This document shows positions 54,154-64,000 of a DNA stretch of 64,000 nucleotides, piece after piece. A program made the position numbers and the translations under genes. Every line of letters begins with the position of its first letter. Position 1 is the stretch's first letter. Origin of the DNA: Candidatus Versatilivorator sp. (GTDB lineage Bacteria; Acidobacteriota; Terriglobia; Versatilivoradales; Versatilivoraceae). The DNA lies in the NCBI GenBank assembly GCA_965207735.1, contig OZ242296.1, positions 1,664,001 through 1,728,000 on the forward strand, read 5' to 3'. Below the pieces are notes generated by a model, which was not told the DNA's origin, made no database searches, and was given only the letters and a program-made list of their open reading frames with translations.

Positions 54154-55680
54154 CTGGAAGCACCATCTTTCGGAACGCTAAACACCCTGGTCCTGGTGGG
54201 TTACTTCGCGGTGGTGGTCGGTCTGGCCCTGAGTCTTTCCGGCAAGCAGAAGGACACCGGCACCTACTTCCTGGCCAACCGGCGCATGCCCTGGCTGGCG
54301 GTTTCCCTCAGCGTGGTCGCCAGTGTTCTGAGCGCCATCACCTACCTGGGTGCGCCGCAGGTGGCCTACGAGGAGAATGCCGCTCTGGTTGTGGGGCTGC
54401 CGGCTACCCTGCTGGCCGCGCCGCTGGTCATTCTGCTGTTTTTCCCCATCTACCGCAGGCTTCAGGTCACCAGCATCTACGAGTACGTGGGCTTGCGCTT
54501 CGGGAGCCGATCCCGCTACGCCGCTTCCTTCTTCTCGATTCTGCAGTTGCTGGGCTGGATGGGCATTGCCCTGTACGCGCCGGCCCTGGCGCTTTCGACG
54601 GTCACCGGCCTCGACCTCTGGAGCGCGATCATTGTCATGGGCCTGGTGGCCACCGCCTACACCACCTTGGGCGGGATGGCCGCAGTGATCTGGACCGACG
54701 TGGTGCAGTTCCTGGTTCTGGCCTTCGGGGCAGTCCTGATCACCTTGTCTCTGATCGAGCGCGTGCCCGGGGGGATGGACCGGATCATGGAAATGGCTTC
54801 CGCCCATGACAAGCTGCCGCTGCTGGATCTGACCTTCAGCTTCTCGGAAATCAACGGCCTGACAGTGGTGATCTGCTATTTCATCATCGCCTTCGGCCAG
54901 TACGGCACCAGCCAGGTGCCTGTCCAGCGGTTGCTCTCGATCAAGAACTTCAGAGGGATGGTCAAGGCACAGATTCTGGATCACCTTTTGGAAATCATCC
55001 TGCTGGCGCTTCTCTTCTTCATCGGGCTGGGCCTGTTCGCTTACTTCTCCCTGTTTCCGGAACGTCTGGCCGAAGGGATCAGCGGCGACAGAATTCTCCC
55101 GTTTTACATCATCCACGCCCTGCCGGCAGGAATTTCAGGCCTGATCATCGCCGCAGTCTTTGCCGCCGCCATGTCCACCGTCGACTCCGGCATTCACTCC
55201 ATGAGCACCATGATCCTGGTGGACTTCATCCAGCCGTTGAGAAAGAGAGCCCTGGATTCCCGCCAGGGTCTCCAGGTCGCCCGTGGACTGACGATCGGCC
55301 TGGGTCTGCTGGCCACTGCTTCCGGCCTGCTGGTCTCTCAGATCGAGGGAATCCTCAAGGCGATCAGCATGGTCGGCGGCTACGTGGCCTCACCGGTCAC
55401 CGCCCTGTTCCTCATGGGGATTCTGACGCGCAGGGGAAATTTCGGCGGTTGGCTGATCGCCACCTGCCTGGTCACCATTCCCACGCAGGTCTACATCCAG
55501 AACTATTCGGACACCCACTGGATATTTTACGGGCCCCTCGGGATGGTCATCTGCCTGGCGGTCTCCTACCCTTTCAGCCTGATTTATGCCAGGGTGCGGC
55601 GCCTCCCACCCGCCGACCGGGAATACACCCTGTGGCGCCGCAAGACGCCCGGTGAAGCGTCCCTGTTGCAAAATCCTTGA
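54154..55680 (+). CDS. Sodium:solute symporter, probably starting at CTG 54154
   Basis: YFLANRRMPW, SIYEYVGLRFG, GGMAAVIWTDVVQ, AAMSTVDSG. The frame extends upstream of 54196 as EAPSFGTLNTLVL, with GGAGGTG before the CTG. Confidence 0.9.
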   Translation: MEAPSFGTLNTLVLVGYFAVVVGLALSLSGKQKDTGTYFLANRRMPWLAVSLSVVASVLSAITYLGAPQVAYEENAALVVGLPATLLAAPLVILLFFPIYRRLQVTSIYEYVGLRFGSRSRYAASFFSILQLLGWMGIALYAPALALSTVTGLDLWSAIIVMGLVATAYTTLGGMAAVIWTDVVQFLVLAFGAVLITLSLIERVPGGMDRIMEMASAHDKLPLLDLTFSFSEINGLTVVICYFIIAFGQYGTSQVPVQRLLSIKNFRGMVKAQILDHLLEIILLALLFFIGLGLFAYFSLFPERLAEGISGDRILPFYIIHALPAGISGLIIAAVFAAAMSTVDSGIHSMSTMILVDFIQPLRKRALDSRQGLQVARGLTIGLGLLATASGLLVSQIEGILKAISMVGGYVASPVTALFLMGILTRRGNFGGWLIATCLVTIPTQVYIQNYSDTHWIFYGPLGMVICLAVSYPFSLIYARVRRLPPADREYTLWRRKTPGEASLLQNP

Positions 55681-55724
55681 GGAGCCAAGCGACTCCGTCC
55701 CAGCTTGGCCTGGAGGAGGACCCA

Positions 55725-57335
55725 GTGCAAACCAGAAGAGATTTCCTCAGAACCTCGACCGCCTCCCTGGGCCTGGTAGGCGCCCAGGGCCTGAACCCAT
55801 CCCGCGCCGCCCCGGCGCAGGGTCCCCGCGGCAGCGGAAAGCGGCCCCGCCTGATCTACAACAACGACGGCGACGACAGTTACTCCCCCCTGGCCACCAC
55901 CCCCGAGGGGTTTCTGGCGCAGCGGATGAAGACCCTGCCGGGCACCCACGTCGACAGCCTCTACTACTGCGGATTCGTGACCAGGCCCCACTGGGAAACT
56001 TCATATCCCATGGGGCCGGAAAAGGATCCCATCCGGGTCACCGTGGATTTTGCCCGGCAGCACGGCCTGGAGTGCGTCTTCTCCTTCCGCATGAACGACA
56101 TCCACGACGCCTTCATCGCGGGACGGCTTAACCCTTTCAAGCGTCGACACCCTCGGTTTCTGCTGGCAAGCTTTTCCGATTCAGACTCCTTTCAGCCCTT
56201 CCTGCGCTGGAATCGGAAGGAGGGCGAACACCCCCTGACGCCGACCCGGCAGGCCTTCGGGGTCCGCTCCTCGGAGTGGTTCAGCTGGTCGGCGCTGGAC
56301 TACGCCCGCCCCGAGGTGCGCCAACGGTTTCTGCAAGCGATCGAAGAAGCCTGCCGGCGCTACGACCTGGACGGCGTGGAACTGGACTGGTGCCGCCACC
56401 CCTTCTTCTTCCAACCTGGAACCGAACGCCAGAACGCCCCCCTCCTGACCGACTTCGTGCGGACGGTTCGCCGCCGCCTGCGGGACATTTCGAGGCAGAA
56501 GGGCAAGGCCATCCAACTGGCCATGCGCGTGGCCGACACGCCCGAACTCTCGCTGAACAACGGGGTGGACGCCGCTTCCTGGATCGAGGAAGGCCTGGTG
56601 GACCTGCTGGTTGCCGGGGCCGGCTATGTCCCCTTCACCACCCCGGTCGAGACCTGGATCGAACTGGGCCATGCCGCGGGCATCCCGGTCTATCCCTGCC
56701 TGAGCGGCTCGACCAGAGCCTTCCAGGATATTCGCGCGGCTCGGGCCGCGGCCCAGCGCTTCTGGTCGGCAGGGGCCGACGGCCTTTACTGGTTCAATCT
56801 CTTTGTGATGTCAGGCATTCGCGGCGGCAGAGGCACTGCCGAGGTCCACGACCCCCACCAGCAGCAGATCGCCGAGGAGACGGGAGAGGCCGCCGTGCTC
56901 TCGCGTCTCGACAAGCTCTATACCGTCGATCGCACCCAGGAAGCCGGCTACATTGCCCACATCTGCCCTCCGGCGCCGCTGCCGGTGACCTTCTCGACTG
57001 CCTCGGGCTCCCAGGAGAAACGGATCCCCATCCCTGTCGGCGACGACTTGAAGGAAAATCCTGCCTCCGGCTCCCGTCCGGCGACGGAATTGAGGATTGC
57101 CTGGTCGACGCCGGTCCGGCCGGAACAGGCAAGCTTTGAGCTCAACGGGGTTCGGCTTGCCGCTGGTGACGGTGTTCGACGGCCAGGTTCCGGCGGCACG
57201 GCCTGGATGGATTGGAAGCTGCCCGCCGGCCGGGTCCGCCGGGGTACCAACGAACTTGCCGTGAAAGTCCACCCCAACTGCCCGGCCGGCTTGACGCTGG
57301 AGGAGGTGCACCTGGCGCTCACCTATCCAGAGTGA
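55725..57335 (+). CDS. Tat-exported GHL10-like TIM-barrel glycoside hydrolase-like protein
   Basis: GTG after GGAGGAGG; TRRDFL; LIYNNDGDD, SFRMNDIHD, LDYARPEVR, YDLDGVELDWCRH, GADGLYWFN. Confidence 0.82.
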   Translation: MQTRRDFLRTSTASLGLVGAQGLNPSRAAPAQGPRGSGKRPRLIYNNDGDDSYSPLATTPEGFLAQRMKTLPGTHVDSLYYCGFVTRPHWETSYPMGPEKDPIRVTVDFARQHGLECVFSFRMNDIHDAFIAGRLNPFKRRHPRFLLASFSDSDSFQPFLRWNRKEGEHPLTPTRQAFGVRSSEWFSWSALDYARPEVRQRFLQAIEEACRRYDLDGVELDWCRHPFFFQPGTERQNAPLLTDFVRTVRRRLRDISRQKGKAIQLAMRVADTPELSLNNGVDAASWIEEGLVDLLVAGAGYVPFTTPVETWIELGHAAGIPVYPCLSGSTRAFQDIRAARAAAQRFWSAGADGLYWFNLFVMSGIRGGRGTAEVHDPHQQQIAEETGEAAVLSRLDKLYTVDRTQEAGYIAHICPPAPLPVTFSTASGSQEKRIPIPVGDDLKENPASGSRPATELRIAWSTPVRPEQASFELNGVRLAAGDGVRRPGSGGTAWMDWKLPAGRVRRGTNELAVKVHPNCPAGLTLEEVHLALTYPE

Positions 57336-57363
57336 AGAGTGGAGAGTGGAGAGTGGAGAGTGA
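57329..57363. repeat. Heptamer tandem repeat (AGAGTGR)x5 overlapping the stop codon
   Basis: AGAGTGA AGAGTGG AGAGTGG AGAGTGG AGAGTGA. Confidence 0.85.
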
Positions 57364-57496
57364 ATGAACTCGATGGGTTGAGCACCAAATCGATCTGGGC
57401 ACGGAAGTTCGGGAAGTGCGAACGGACCAAAGGGGAGCTTGCCTGGTGCCGGAACTTTCTCCTGTGAATGATCCTCCCGGCAGTCCCGAGGCAAGG

Positions 57497-59053
57497 CTAA
57501 ACCTGCTCCGCCGGCGCGGCCCGCGTCCAGTAGTCCCGATCCAGATTGCGATACTGAATGGCCTCCGAGATATGGGGAGGCTGAATGACCTCGGACTGAT
57601 CCAGATCGGCAACGGTGCGGGCCACCTTGAGGATCCGATCGTAGGCGCGGGCGCTGAAGCCCATTCGGGTCATGGCTCGTTCCAGATGTCGCTGCCCCTC
57701 TGCTCCAATATCGCAGAAACGGCGAATCAGGCGCGGCGTCATCTGGGCGTTGCAGTAGATCCCGGCGCCGGCGAAGCGCCGCTGTTGAATTTCCCGGATC
57801 CGGGTGACCCGTCCCCGGATGTCTTTCGAGGGCTCCCCCATCGCCTTGGCCGACAGTTCGGCGTAGGCAACCGGGGGAACATCGATGTGGATGTCTATGC
57901 GGTCGAGCAACGGCCCTGAGATCCGGGCCAGGTAACGCTGGATCAGGCTCGGGGTGCAGGCGCAGGCCCGGCCGGGATCGTTGTAGAAGCCGCAGGGACA
58001 GGGGTTCATGGCCCCCACCAAGGTGAAGCGGGAAGGGAAAGTCAGCGAAACGGCCGCCCGAGCGATGGTCACCTCTCCGTCCTCCAGCGGCTGGCGCATC
58101 ACTTCCAGGACGTTGCGGGCGAACTCGGGAAGTTCGTCCAGGAACAGGACGCCGTTGTGGGCCAGACTGACCTCTCCCGGCTTCGGCAGCGCGCCCCCTC
58201 CAATCAACCCGGCATCGGAGATGGTATGGTGAGGAGCCCGAAAGGGGCGCTGGCTGATCAGCCCGGCGCCGCTTGCCAAGACCCCGCCGACGGAGTGGAT
58301 CTTGGTGGTTTCGATGGCCTCTTCAAAACTGGGCGGCGGAAGGATGGTGGGGATGCGCTTGGCCAGCATGGTCTTTCCGGAACCGGGAGGACCGATCATG
58401 ATGAGGTTGTGCCCGCCGGCAGTCGCCACCTCCAAGGCCCGCTTGGCGGTGAGCTGTCCCTTCACGTCCCGATAGTCCAGCGGGGATTGGGGCGCCGCCG
58501 CCAGTAGGCGGCGGGCATCCACCTCGCTGGGCTGAAACTCGCGGGCGCCGTTGACCAGGTCCACCACCTCCGTCAGGTTTTTCAGACCGTAGACCGAGAG
58601 GCCGCCGACAACCGCGGCTTCACGGGCGTTTTCCGCCGGCAGGACCAGGTGGCTAATCCCTTTCTGCCGGGCGGCCACGGCAATGGGAAGAGCTCCTCGA
58701 ACCGGACGCAATCCTCCGTCCAGGGAAAGCTCCCCCAGAAAAAGCCAGTCTCCGAGATCCAGACTCTGCAGAGTTCCCACCGTTCCCAGGATGCCCAGGG
58801 CCATGGGAAGGTCGAAAGCCGATCCTTCCTTCTTGACGTCGGCCGGCGCCAGGTTCACGGTAATGTTCCGAAAGGGATAGTCGAGTCCGCAGTTCTTGAC
58901 GGCCGAACGGATCCGCTCCTTGCTTTCCTTGACCGCGGCATCCGGCAGTCCTACCGTCAGGAAGTTGGCTTTCCCGGGGGAAACATCCACCTCCACCTCG
59001 ACCACGTAGGCATCGATCCCGAAAACGGCTGCACTCAGCGTTTTGAACAGCAT
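57497..59053 (-). CDS. comM: YifB/ComM family Mg-chelatase-like AAA+ ATPase
   Basis: [89 protein letters not shown]. Confidence 0.93.
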   Translation of the reverse strand: MLFKTLSAAVFGIDAYVVEVEVDVSPGKANFLTVGLPDAAVKESKERIRSAVKNCGLDYPFRNITVNLAPADVKKEGSAFDLPMALGILGTVGTLQSLDLGDWLFLGELSLDGGLRPVRGALPIAVAARQKGISHLVLPAENAREAAVVGGLSVYGLKNLTEVVDLVNGAREFQPSEVDARRLLAAAPQSPLDYRDVKGQLTAKRALEVATAGGHNLIMIGPPGSGKTMLAKRIPTILPPPSFEEAIETTKIHSVGGVLASGAGLISQRPFRAPHHTISDAGLIGGGALPKPGEVSLAHNGVLFLDELPEFARNVLEVMRQPLEDGEVTIARAAVSLTFPSRFTLVGAMNPCPCGFYNDPGRACACTPSLIQRYLARISGPLLDRIDIHIDVPPVAYAELSAKAMGEPSKDIRGRVTRIREIQQRRFAGAGIYCNAQMTPRLIRRFCDIGAEGQRHLERAMTRMGFSARAYDRILKVARTVADLDQSEVIQPPHISEAIQYRNLDRDYWTRAAPAEQV

Positions 59054-59359
59054 CCTCACCTCCAGCGATCGCCGGCGACATTGGGTGGCCGGCGCCGGGA
59101 CGCGCCTGCGCAATCCGACGCATTGGCAAGACTTGCGTGGGAAGAGTGCAGCCCGGCTTGAATTGTGAGGGAGGTTGGAACCAGGGAGAGTCAACGGATA
59201 GGGGACCTACCCGCGTCCGTCCGCTGAGACTCCGGATTATAGGCGATGTACCGAGGGCAGGCAACGGCCTCGCGAAACAGGCACTGGTCCGCTGGTCGAA
59301 ATGCCCGACGGCCCGCGGCCGAAGATGGCCCTATAATCGGGGAAAGACTGCCTGTTCAA

Positions 59360-59368
59360 TGCTATACT
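59360..59368 (+). promoter_or_regulatory. Putative extended -10 promoter (TGcTATACT)
   Basis: Lies 35 nt upstream of ATG 59404; a TATAAT also lies at 59332-59337. Confidence 0.4.
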
Positions 59369-59403
59369 TCGATAGCAAACTTCAAAAAAGGAAACACCCA
59401 GCC

Positions 59404-60519
59404 ATGACTCATCCATCCCTCAGGATCGGGCTTCCGGTTCTGCTGATTGTCGCGCTCCTACCCGGACTGGCGGGGACCGCCGAAGCCGCGCCGCCTCTGA
59501 CGGCGGAGCAGGTCACCACCATCGTGACCGCCTCCAAGTTCGGAATCACGGTCGAGCGGGCGGTGGAGATGATTCGCGAGCGCGGGATCGGATTCACGGT
59601 CACCGACGCCTTTCTGAAGCGACTGGAAGCCCAGGAGGCCGACGCGGCCATTGTGAATGTCGTGAAAGAGTTGGGAGGAAAGCACAAGACGACCGTCCAG
59701 CCTGCCGCGGCCCCCGGCGTCATCCCCGCAGAACCCAACGGCGCCGAGAAGGCGCCCCCACCGCCGCCCGATGTGGATCTCCTGCCGCTCGGGACCGCGC
59801 CCACGGCCGAGAACTGGCCTCAATTCCTGGAGTCGGTCAGAAACAGGGTGCTGAGATACGCCCACACCTTGCCGGAGTTTGTCTGCAATCAGGGTACCCG
59901 GTCATACCAGGCGTTCGGCCGGAGAGGCTGGACCCAGAGGGAGATCTATGAGGTCGAGGTGAGCTACTTCGACCACTCACCCCATTACAAGCAGATCAGC
60001 AAGTATCCTCTTTTCCGCGACGTGGGGGAATTCGGGCCCGTATTGACCGGACTCTTCGTGCCTCGGTCCAAGGCCACCTTCAAACTGCAGGGCCTGGAGA
60101 AAAAGCATGGACGAAACACGGCCAGAGTGTCCTTTCAGGTGCCCCGTGAAACTTCCCAGCGCCCCATTCAAGTCAAGGACGAGGGAATGGTTCCCTTTGG
60201 CTATCGCGGGCGTTTCTGGGTGGATCTCGACACCCACCGGGTAGTCCGGCTGGAGTCCAAATCCACCGACATGCCCCGGAAAGCCCCGATCACCGACGAG
60301 GAACTGGTGCTCCGCTACAAGGAAGTGATGTTGGTGGACAAGCTGGTCTGGCTGCCCGCCGAGCTGCATGTCATCGTCAAGACAGACGCCATGGGCGACG
60401 GCGGGCTGAGCACCGGCGCGCTGAACGCCGGCGGGACCCCCAATTTCCAAACCTCCGACAAGACCTCGCTGCGTTGGGTCAGCTTCTTCAGGAACTATCG
60501 CCCCTTCGAATCGGAATGA
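59404..60519 (+). CDS. Secreted hypothetical protein (Acidobacteria-type outer-envelope beta-rich protein)
   Basis: Signal peptide; Pro-rich linker; YAHTLPEFVCNQ, GEFG..L..LF.P.S.ATF, GRFWVD..T.RVVRL, WLP. Confidence 0.7.
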   Translation: MTHPSLRIGLPVLLIVALLPGLAGTAEAAPPLTAEQVTTIVTASKFGITVERAVEMIRERGIGFTVTDAFLKRLEAQEADAAIVNVVKELGGKHKTTVQPAAAPGVIPAEPNGAEKAPPPPPDVDLLPLGTAPTAENWPQFLESVRNRVLRYAHTLPEFVCNQGTRSYQAFGRRGWTQREIYEVEVSYFDHSPHYKQISKYPLFRDVGEFGPVLTGLFVPRSKATFKLQGLEKKHGRNTARVSFQVPRETSQRPIQVKDEGMVPFGYRGRFWVDLDTHRVVRLESKSTDMPRKAPITDEELVLRYKEVMLVDKLVWLPAELHVIVKTDAMGDGGLSTGALNAGGTPNFQTSDKTSLRWVSFFRNYRPFESE

Positions 60520-60552
60520 GCCCCGAATCCGGTAGAAACGTCGTGAACCGGG

Positions 60553-63500
60553 TCAAAAGACGAAGCGGATCCCGAAGCGTGCCGAGACCGGATCCAGGAA
60601 TCGGTCATGCTTGAGGAAGCGCGGGTCCCGGGTCGCGCCCTGCGAAACCGCGATCGCCTGGTAGTCGTAGCCGTCCAGGACTTGCGAAACGGGATCGCCC
60701 GGTTGCCACAGGGGAAGGGACTGGCGGTAGAGGCTCCGAAAGGTCCGCAAGGGCGTCTTTTGATTGAACAGGTTGATGACGTTGAAGTTGATCTCAAGCG
60801 ACCGGGTTTCATCCGAAAAGGGGTGGAAACGCTGGACCAGGGAGAGGTCAGTCTGAGTCCAGGCCGGATTTCTGCCGTCGCTGCCCCGGTTGTCCACCAT
60901 GACGTCCACGTGTTCCAGATCGACTGTCCGGCTGATCGGCGCTCCGCTCATGGCTCGGAAGAATCCTCCGATCTCCATGTCCCACGGCGTGATATAGGTC
61001 CAATGGGCCTTGAGCTGATGGGTTCTGTCGGTGCCCAACGGTCCGTCGATCAGGTTGCCCTTGGAGTCGTAGTTGAGGAACCAGAGATCGAAATCGCGAT
61101 TGACGTTGGGACTGAGACGTCCGTTCTCGTCCGAGCTGCCCAGGCCCGAATAGAGGCCGTGAAGCCTGGAGTTCACGTAGGCGACGTCCGCAAGCCAATT
61201 GTGGCGGAATGCCTTTCGCAAGCGGAATTCGAAGGCGTTGTAAGTCCTCTTGGGTCTGGGTGTGGCCGGAAGGCCGACTTCAACAAACCGGTCGACCGAG
61301 AGGCTCCGTCCCGGGTTGGTGATGTAGTAGGCTTCGCCGGCCGGGGTCTGGCGGCCGACATCCTCGATCGCCTGGTCAAGGTTCTTGCGCGTGTAACGGA
61401 ACGAAACCACATGGTCCGGGGCGGCTTCGTACTCGAATCCGGCCACGGTCCCCGTCATTCGCATGGGCTTGAGATCGGGGTCCAGATCCTCGAACGAGGG
61501 GATACGCCAATTCCTCGTCTCGACGTAGGTTCCCGGATAATTTCCTTGACCCGACAGCCCGCCGATGCGAGTCCAATCGAGCGTACCGTCGTCCATCAGG
61601 TAGTAGTGGCTCAACCACTTGAACCCGCCGAACGATCCCTGGGCCATTTCAAGCTTCATGGCGTCGTAGAACCATCCCCAACTGCCGAACAGCTTCAGTT
61701 TGGCGTTGCCCAGAACGTCATAGGCCAAGCCGGCCCGAGGGGCGACCTTGTCAGGGAAGTTCCACCTGAACACCGCTCCGGAAAATTCCGGAAGATCGCT
61801 GAAGGACGGAATCTCCTCGCGCTCGAAGCGCAGCCCGAGATTTAGGGTGAGTGCACCGCCAATGGTCCAAGCATCCTGAACGAAAAGGGAATGCCGGTGG
61901 GTGCCGGCGTTGGCCACTACGCCGAACGGCATCCGCACTTCGTAGTAGCCGCAGGGATCGTAGACATCGCCGTTGGGCCCGGTGCAGGTGCTGGTGCGAA
62001 CAGTCCCGTCCACCATGTTGTAGGGTCGGGTGTAGTTGTAGAGGACATAGTCGAACTTGTAGGCATCGTTGATATCGTGTGCGAGCCCGTTGAACTGCCA
62101 GCCAAACCGCAGGTTGTGTTGCCCGCCCGCCCGGGTCACATAGCTCCCGCTCAGAGATAGGGTGCTCTTCTTCTGAAAATCCTGAGACGTGTTGAAGCTT
62201 GCACCATGTCCGATGGTGGAAAAACCACGGGGGCGGTACAAGGCGTCATCCGGCGAGTATCCGATCAGTCCCGGCGACTCGGGGAACCGGTGACGCACCT
62301 GATCCGGGCCGAGCAATTGTTCGGTCTGAATGGCATTTAGTCCCCACCGGGCGTCCACCGCCAGGAATGGGCTGAAGCTGATCATGGCGGCTCCCGTGAG
62401 GGTGTAGCCGGGGTATTCGAAGCCCTCTTCGGCCCATTCGAAAGCTGGGTTGGAAGTCCCGTCGAGATGGGGCAGCCCGCCCTTCCAGTGCAACCGGTCG
62501 GTCACCGCCGATGCCATCAACCTGACTTTCTCGACGGGTTGGAAATCGATCTTGACCGGAATGCTGCGAAACCGCTCCTTGCGCTGAAATTGCCCGGCTT
62601 CTCCCGAGGTAAAGGTGACCGAGCGCGTCCGATTCCGGAGTTCCGACAGGAATCCTCCGAAGAACCAGGCCCGGTCTCGCCAGAGAGGACCGCCCAGAGT
62701 GAAGCCGAATTCGTGAGTCAGGTCGCCGTCTTCCGGATCGAAGACATATTCGGCCAGGTCCACCGACTGAGTGGGATCGAGCCTCAGGCGCTTGCTCGGC
62801 CTGCCTGTCAGCGCGCTTCCGCTGCCGTACCAGAGGAGACTGCCGTGAAATTCATTGGAACCGCTCCGAGTTCGAGCACTGAGTACACCCCCCATGGCGC
62901 CCCCGAATTCCGCTTCGTATCCGGCGGTCTTCAACTGGAACTCCTCCACGGTTTCGACACGCAGCTTCTGGTTGTTCAGCCCGTTGTACATGCTGGTGGT
63001 ATCGACGCCGTCCACGTAAAAGACGTTCTCGGCTCCAGAGGAACCGTCGACCGAGATCCCATGGACACCCTGTCCTCTATAGGTCACGTTTCCCGACAGG
63101 GCTTCGATGTTGACGCTCGGCGCGAAGCGGGCGTAGTCGGTGAAGTCTCGCCCACCGGCAGCGTTGGTCAGCCCCTCACCCGTGTAGACCGAGGCTGCCT
63201 CACTCTTGAAGGTATCGATTGCGGCCCCGCCTGCCTCCACCACGATGGTGCTTTCCACGCGGCCGACCTCAAGGGCCATCTCAACGGAGAAACTGCGACC
63301 GACCTGGACGACGACCTCTTCCTTCACCGCGGTCTGGAATCCCGGGCAACGGGCGACTATGGTGTAGGTCCCGGGGGAAAGACTGTTGTTGATGATCAGG
63401 CCCTGACTATTGGAAACGCTGAAGACCGGCCGGATCAATGTCGAACCTCTGAACTCGACTTCGGCTCCGGGGATGAGGCCGCCGCTGGGGTCGGTGAGGA

Positions 63501-63600
63501 TGACGCGGAGTCCCCCGACCTGCTGCTGCCCGACCATGGGAACCCCCATGGCGGTCAGGCAGATCACGACGCCGGCGACGATCCAACGCCTGTTGCACAT
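60553..63600 (-). CDS. Oar-like TonB-dependent receptor with carboxypeptidase-regulatory-like N domain
   Basis: TDPSGGLIPGA, ENVFYVDGVD, VEEFQLKTAGYEAEFGGAMGGV, RSGSNEFHGS, LFVQDAW, APRAGLAYD, RFGIRFVF terminus. Confidence 0.92.
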   Translation of the reverse strand: MCNRRWIVAGVVICLTAMGVPMVGQQQVGGLRVILTDPSGGLIPGAEVEFRGSTLIRPVFSVSNSQGLIINNSLSPGTYTIVARCPGFQTAVKEEVVVQVGRSFSVEMALEVGRVESTIVVEAGGAAIDTFKSEAASVYTGEGLTNAAGGRDFTDYARFAPSVNIEALSGNVTYRGQGVHGISVDGSSGAENVFYVDGVDTTSMYNGLNNQKLRVETVEEFQLKTAGYEAEFGGAMGGVLSARTRSGSNEFHGSLLWYGSGSALTGRPSKRLRLDPTQSVDLAEYVFDPEDGDLTHEFGFTLGGPLWRDRAWFFGGFLSELRNRTRSVTFTSGEAGQFQRKERFRSIPVKIDFQPVEKVRLMASAVTDRLHWKGGLPHLDGTSNPAFEWAEEGFEYPGYTLTGAAMISFSPFLAVDARWGLNAIQTEQLLGPDQVRHRFPESPGLIGYSPDDALYRPRGFSTIGHGASFNTSQDFQKKSTLSLSGSYVTRAGGQHNLRFGWQFNGLAHDINDAYKFDYVLYNYTRPYNMVDGTVRTSTCTGPNGDVYDPCGYYEVRMPFGVVANAGTHRHSLFVQDAWTIGGALTLNLGLRFEREEIPSFSDLPEFSGAVFRWNFPDKVAPRAGLAYDVLGNAKLKLFGSWGWFYDAMKLEMAQGSFGGFKWLSHYYLMDDGTLDWTRIGGLSGQGNYPGTYVETRNWRIPSFEDLDPDLKPMRMTGTVAGFEYEAAPDHVVSFRYTRKNLDQAIEDVGRQTPAGEAYYITNPGRSLSVDRFVEVGLPATPRPKRTYNAFEFRLRKAFRHNWLADVAYVNSRLHGLYSGLGSSDENGRLSPNVNRDFDLWFLNYDSKGNLIDGPLGTDRTHQLKAHWTYITPWDMEIGGFFRAMSGAPISRTVDLEHVDVMVDNRGSDGRNPAWTQTDLSLVQRFHPFSDETRSLEINFNVINLFNQKTPLRTFRSLYRQSLPLWQPGDPVSQVLDGYDYQAIAVSQGATRDPRFLKHDRFLDPVSARFGIRFVF

Positions 63601-63622
63601 GCAGACTCCGCGATCCGTCGTT

Positions 63623-64000
63623 CTAGGCGAAACAGGACCGGGCGACTTGCACGGCCTCTTCCACGTCTTGGCGGGAGATATCCAGGTGGGTGACGGCACG
63701 CAAGCGGTATGGACCAGGCTGGCTGACTCGCACACCCTGCTCCAGCAGTCGGCCAAGCACTGCCGACGCCGGCTCCGACACTTCGAACATCACGATGTTG
63801 GTTTCAACCTCGTCCGGGTCCACGGTAACACCGGGAATTTCCGCCAGTCCCTCGGCCAGGACCCTGGCGTTGGCGTGGTCTTCGGCCAGACGCTCGATGT
63901 GGTTCTCCAGGGCGTAGAGCGCCCCGGCGGCAATGATTCCGGCCTGCCGCATGGCCCCTCCCAGGCGCTGCTTCCACACCCAGGCTTCCTCGATCAGCTC
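63623..64000 (-). CDS. ltaE: Low-specificity L-threonine aldolase, 3' part (runs off the window)
   Basis: ARVWKQRLGGAMRQAGIIAAG, RLAEDHANARVLAEGL, VETNIV, LRAVTHLD. Confidence 0.88.
   Translation of the reverse strand, partial: ELIEEAWVWKQRLGGAMRQAGIIAAGALYALENHIERLAEDHANARVLAEGLAEIPGVTVDPDEVETNIVMFEVSEPASAVLGRLLEQGVRVSQPGPYRLRAVTHLDISRQDVEEAVQVARSCFA

Noticed and set aside
59054-59403. Riboswitch or ncRNA in the comM intergenic region
   Set aside because: Some hairpins are present, but none match an aptamer consensus I know. Divergent promoters are sufficient to explain the region.

Overview
GC-rich bacterial chromosome segment, probably Acidobacteriota. This is inferred from the Oar-like TonB receptor, the DUF1501/DUF1549-DUF1553 operon and lineage-typical secreted proteins; a Sel1-repeat remnant hints at a host-associated lifestyle. 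The backbone is a periplasmic catabolic region with many paralogs: 4 Tat-exported Gfo/Idh/MocA oxidoreductases, 4 Tat-exported GHL10-like TIM barrels, 3 sodium:solute symporters and 2 amidohydrolases. It also holds sialidase-like, PHP-like, enolase-family, cyclase, cupin and hydantoinase-B genes. Four accessory hot spots interrupt it. (1) 7.1-12.1 kb: a co-oriented string of toxin-antitoxin modules in which antitoxins survive while toxins are cut to 6-10 codon stubs or lost. (2) 21.5-24.4 kb: a non-coding pile-up of four repeat families plus a 1487-bp IS. (3) 34.6-37.8 kb: a direct-repeat-bounded patchwork of gene fragments with a second, apparently identical IS copy, next to hicAB. (4) 44.6-45.9 kb: an orphan wHTH-fused amino-methyltransferase whose predicted promoter spacer contains two tandem GACGTC sites. 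I found no rRNA, tRNA or CRISPR array. All family calls come from motif recognition by eye, not database searches.
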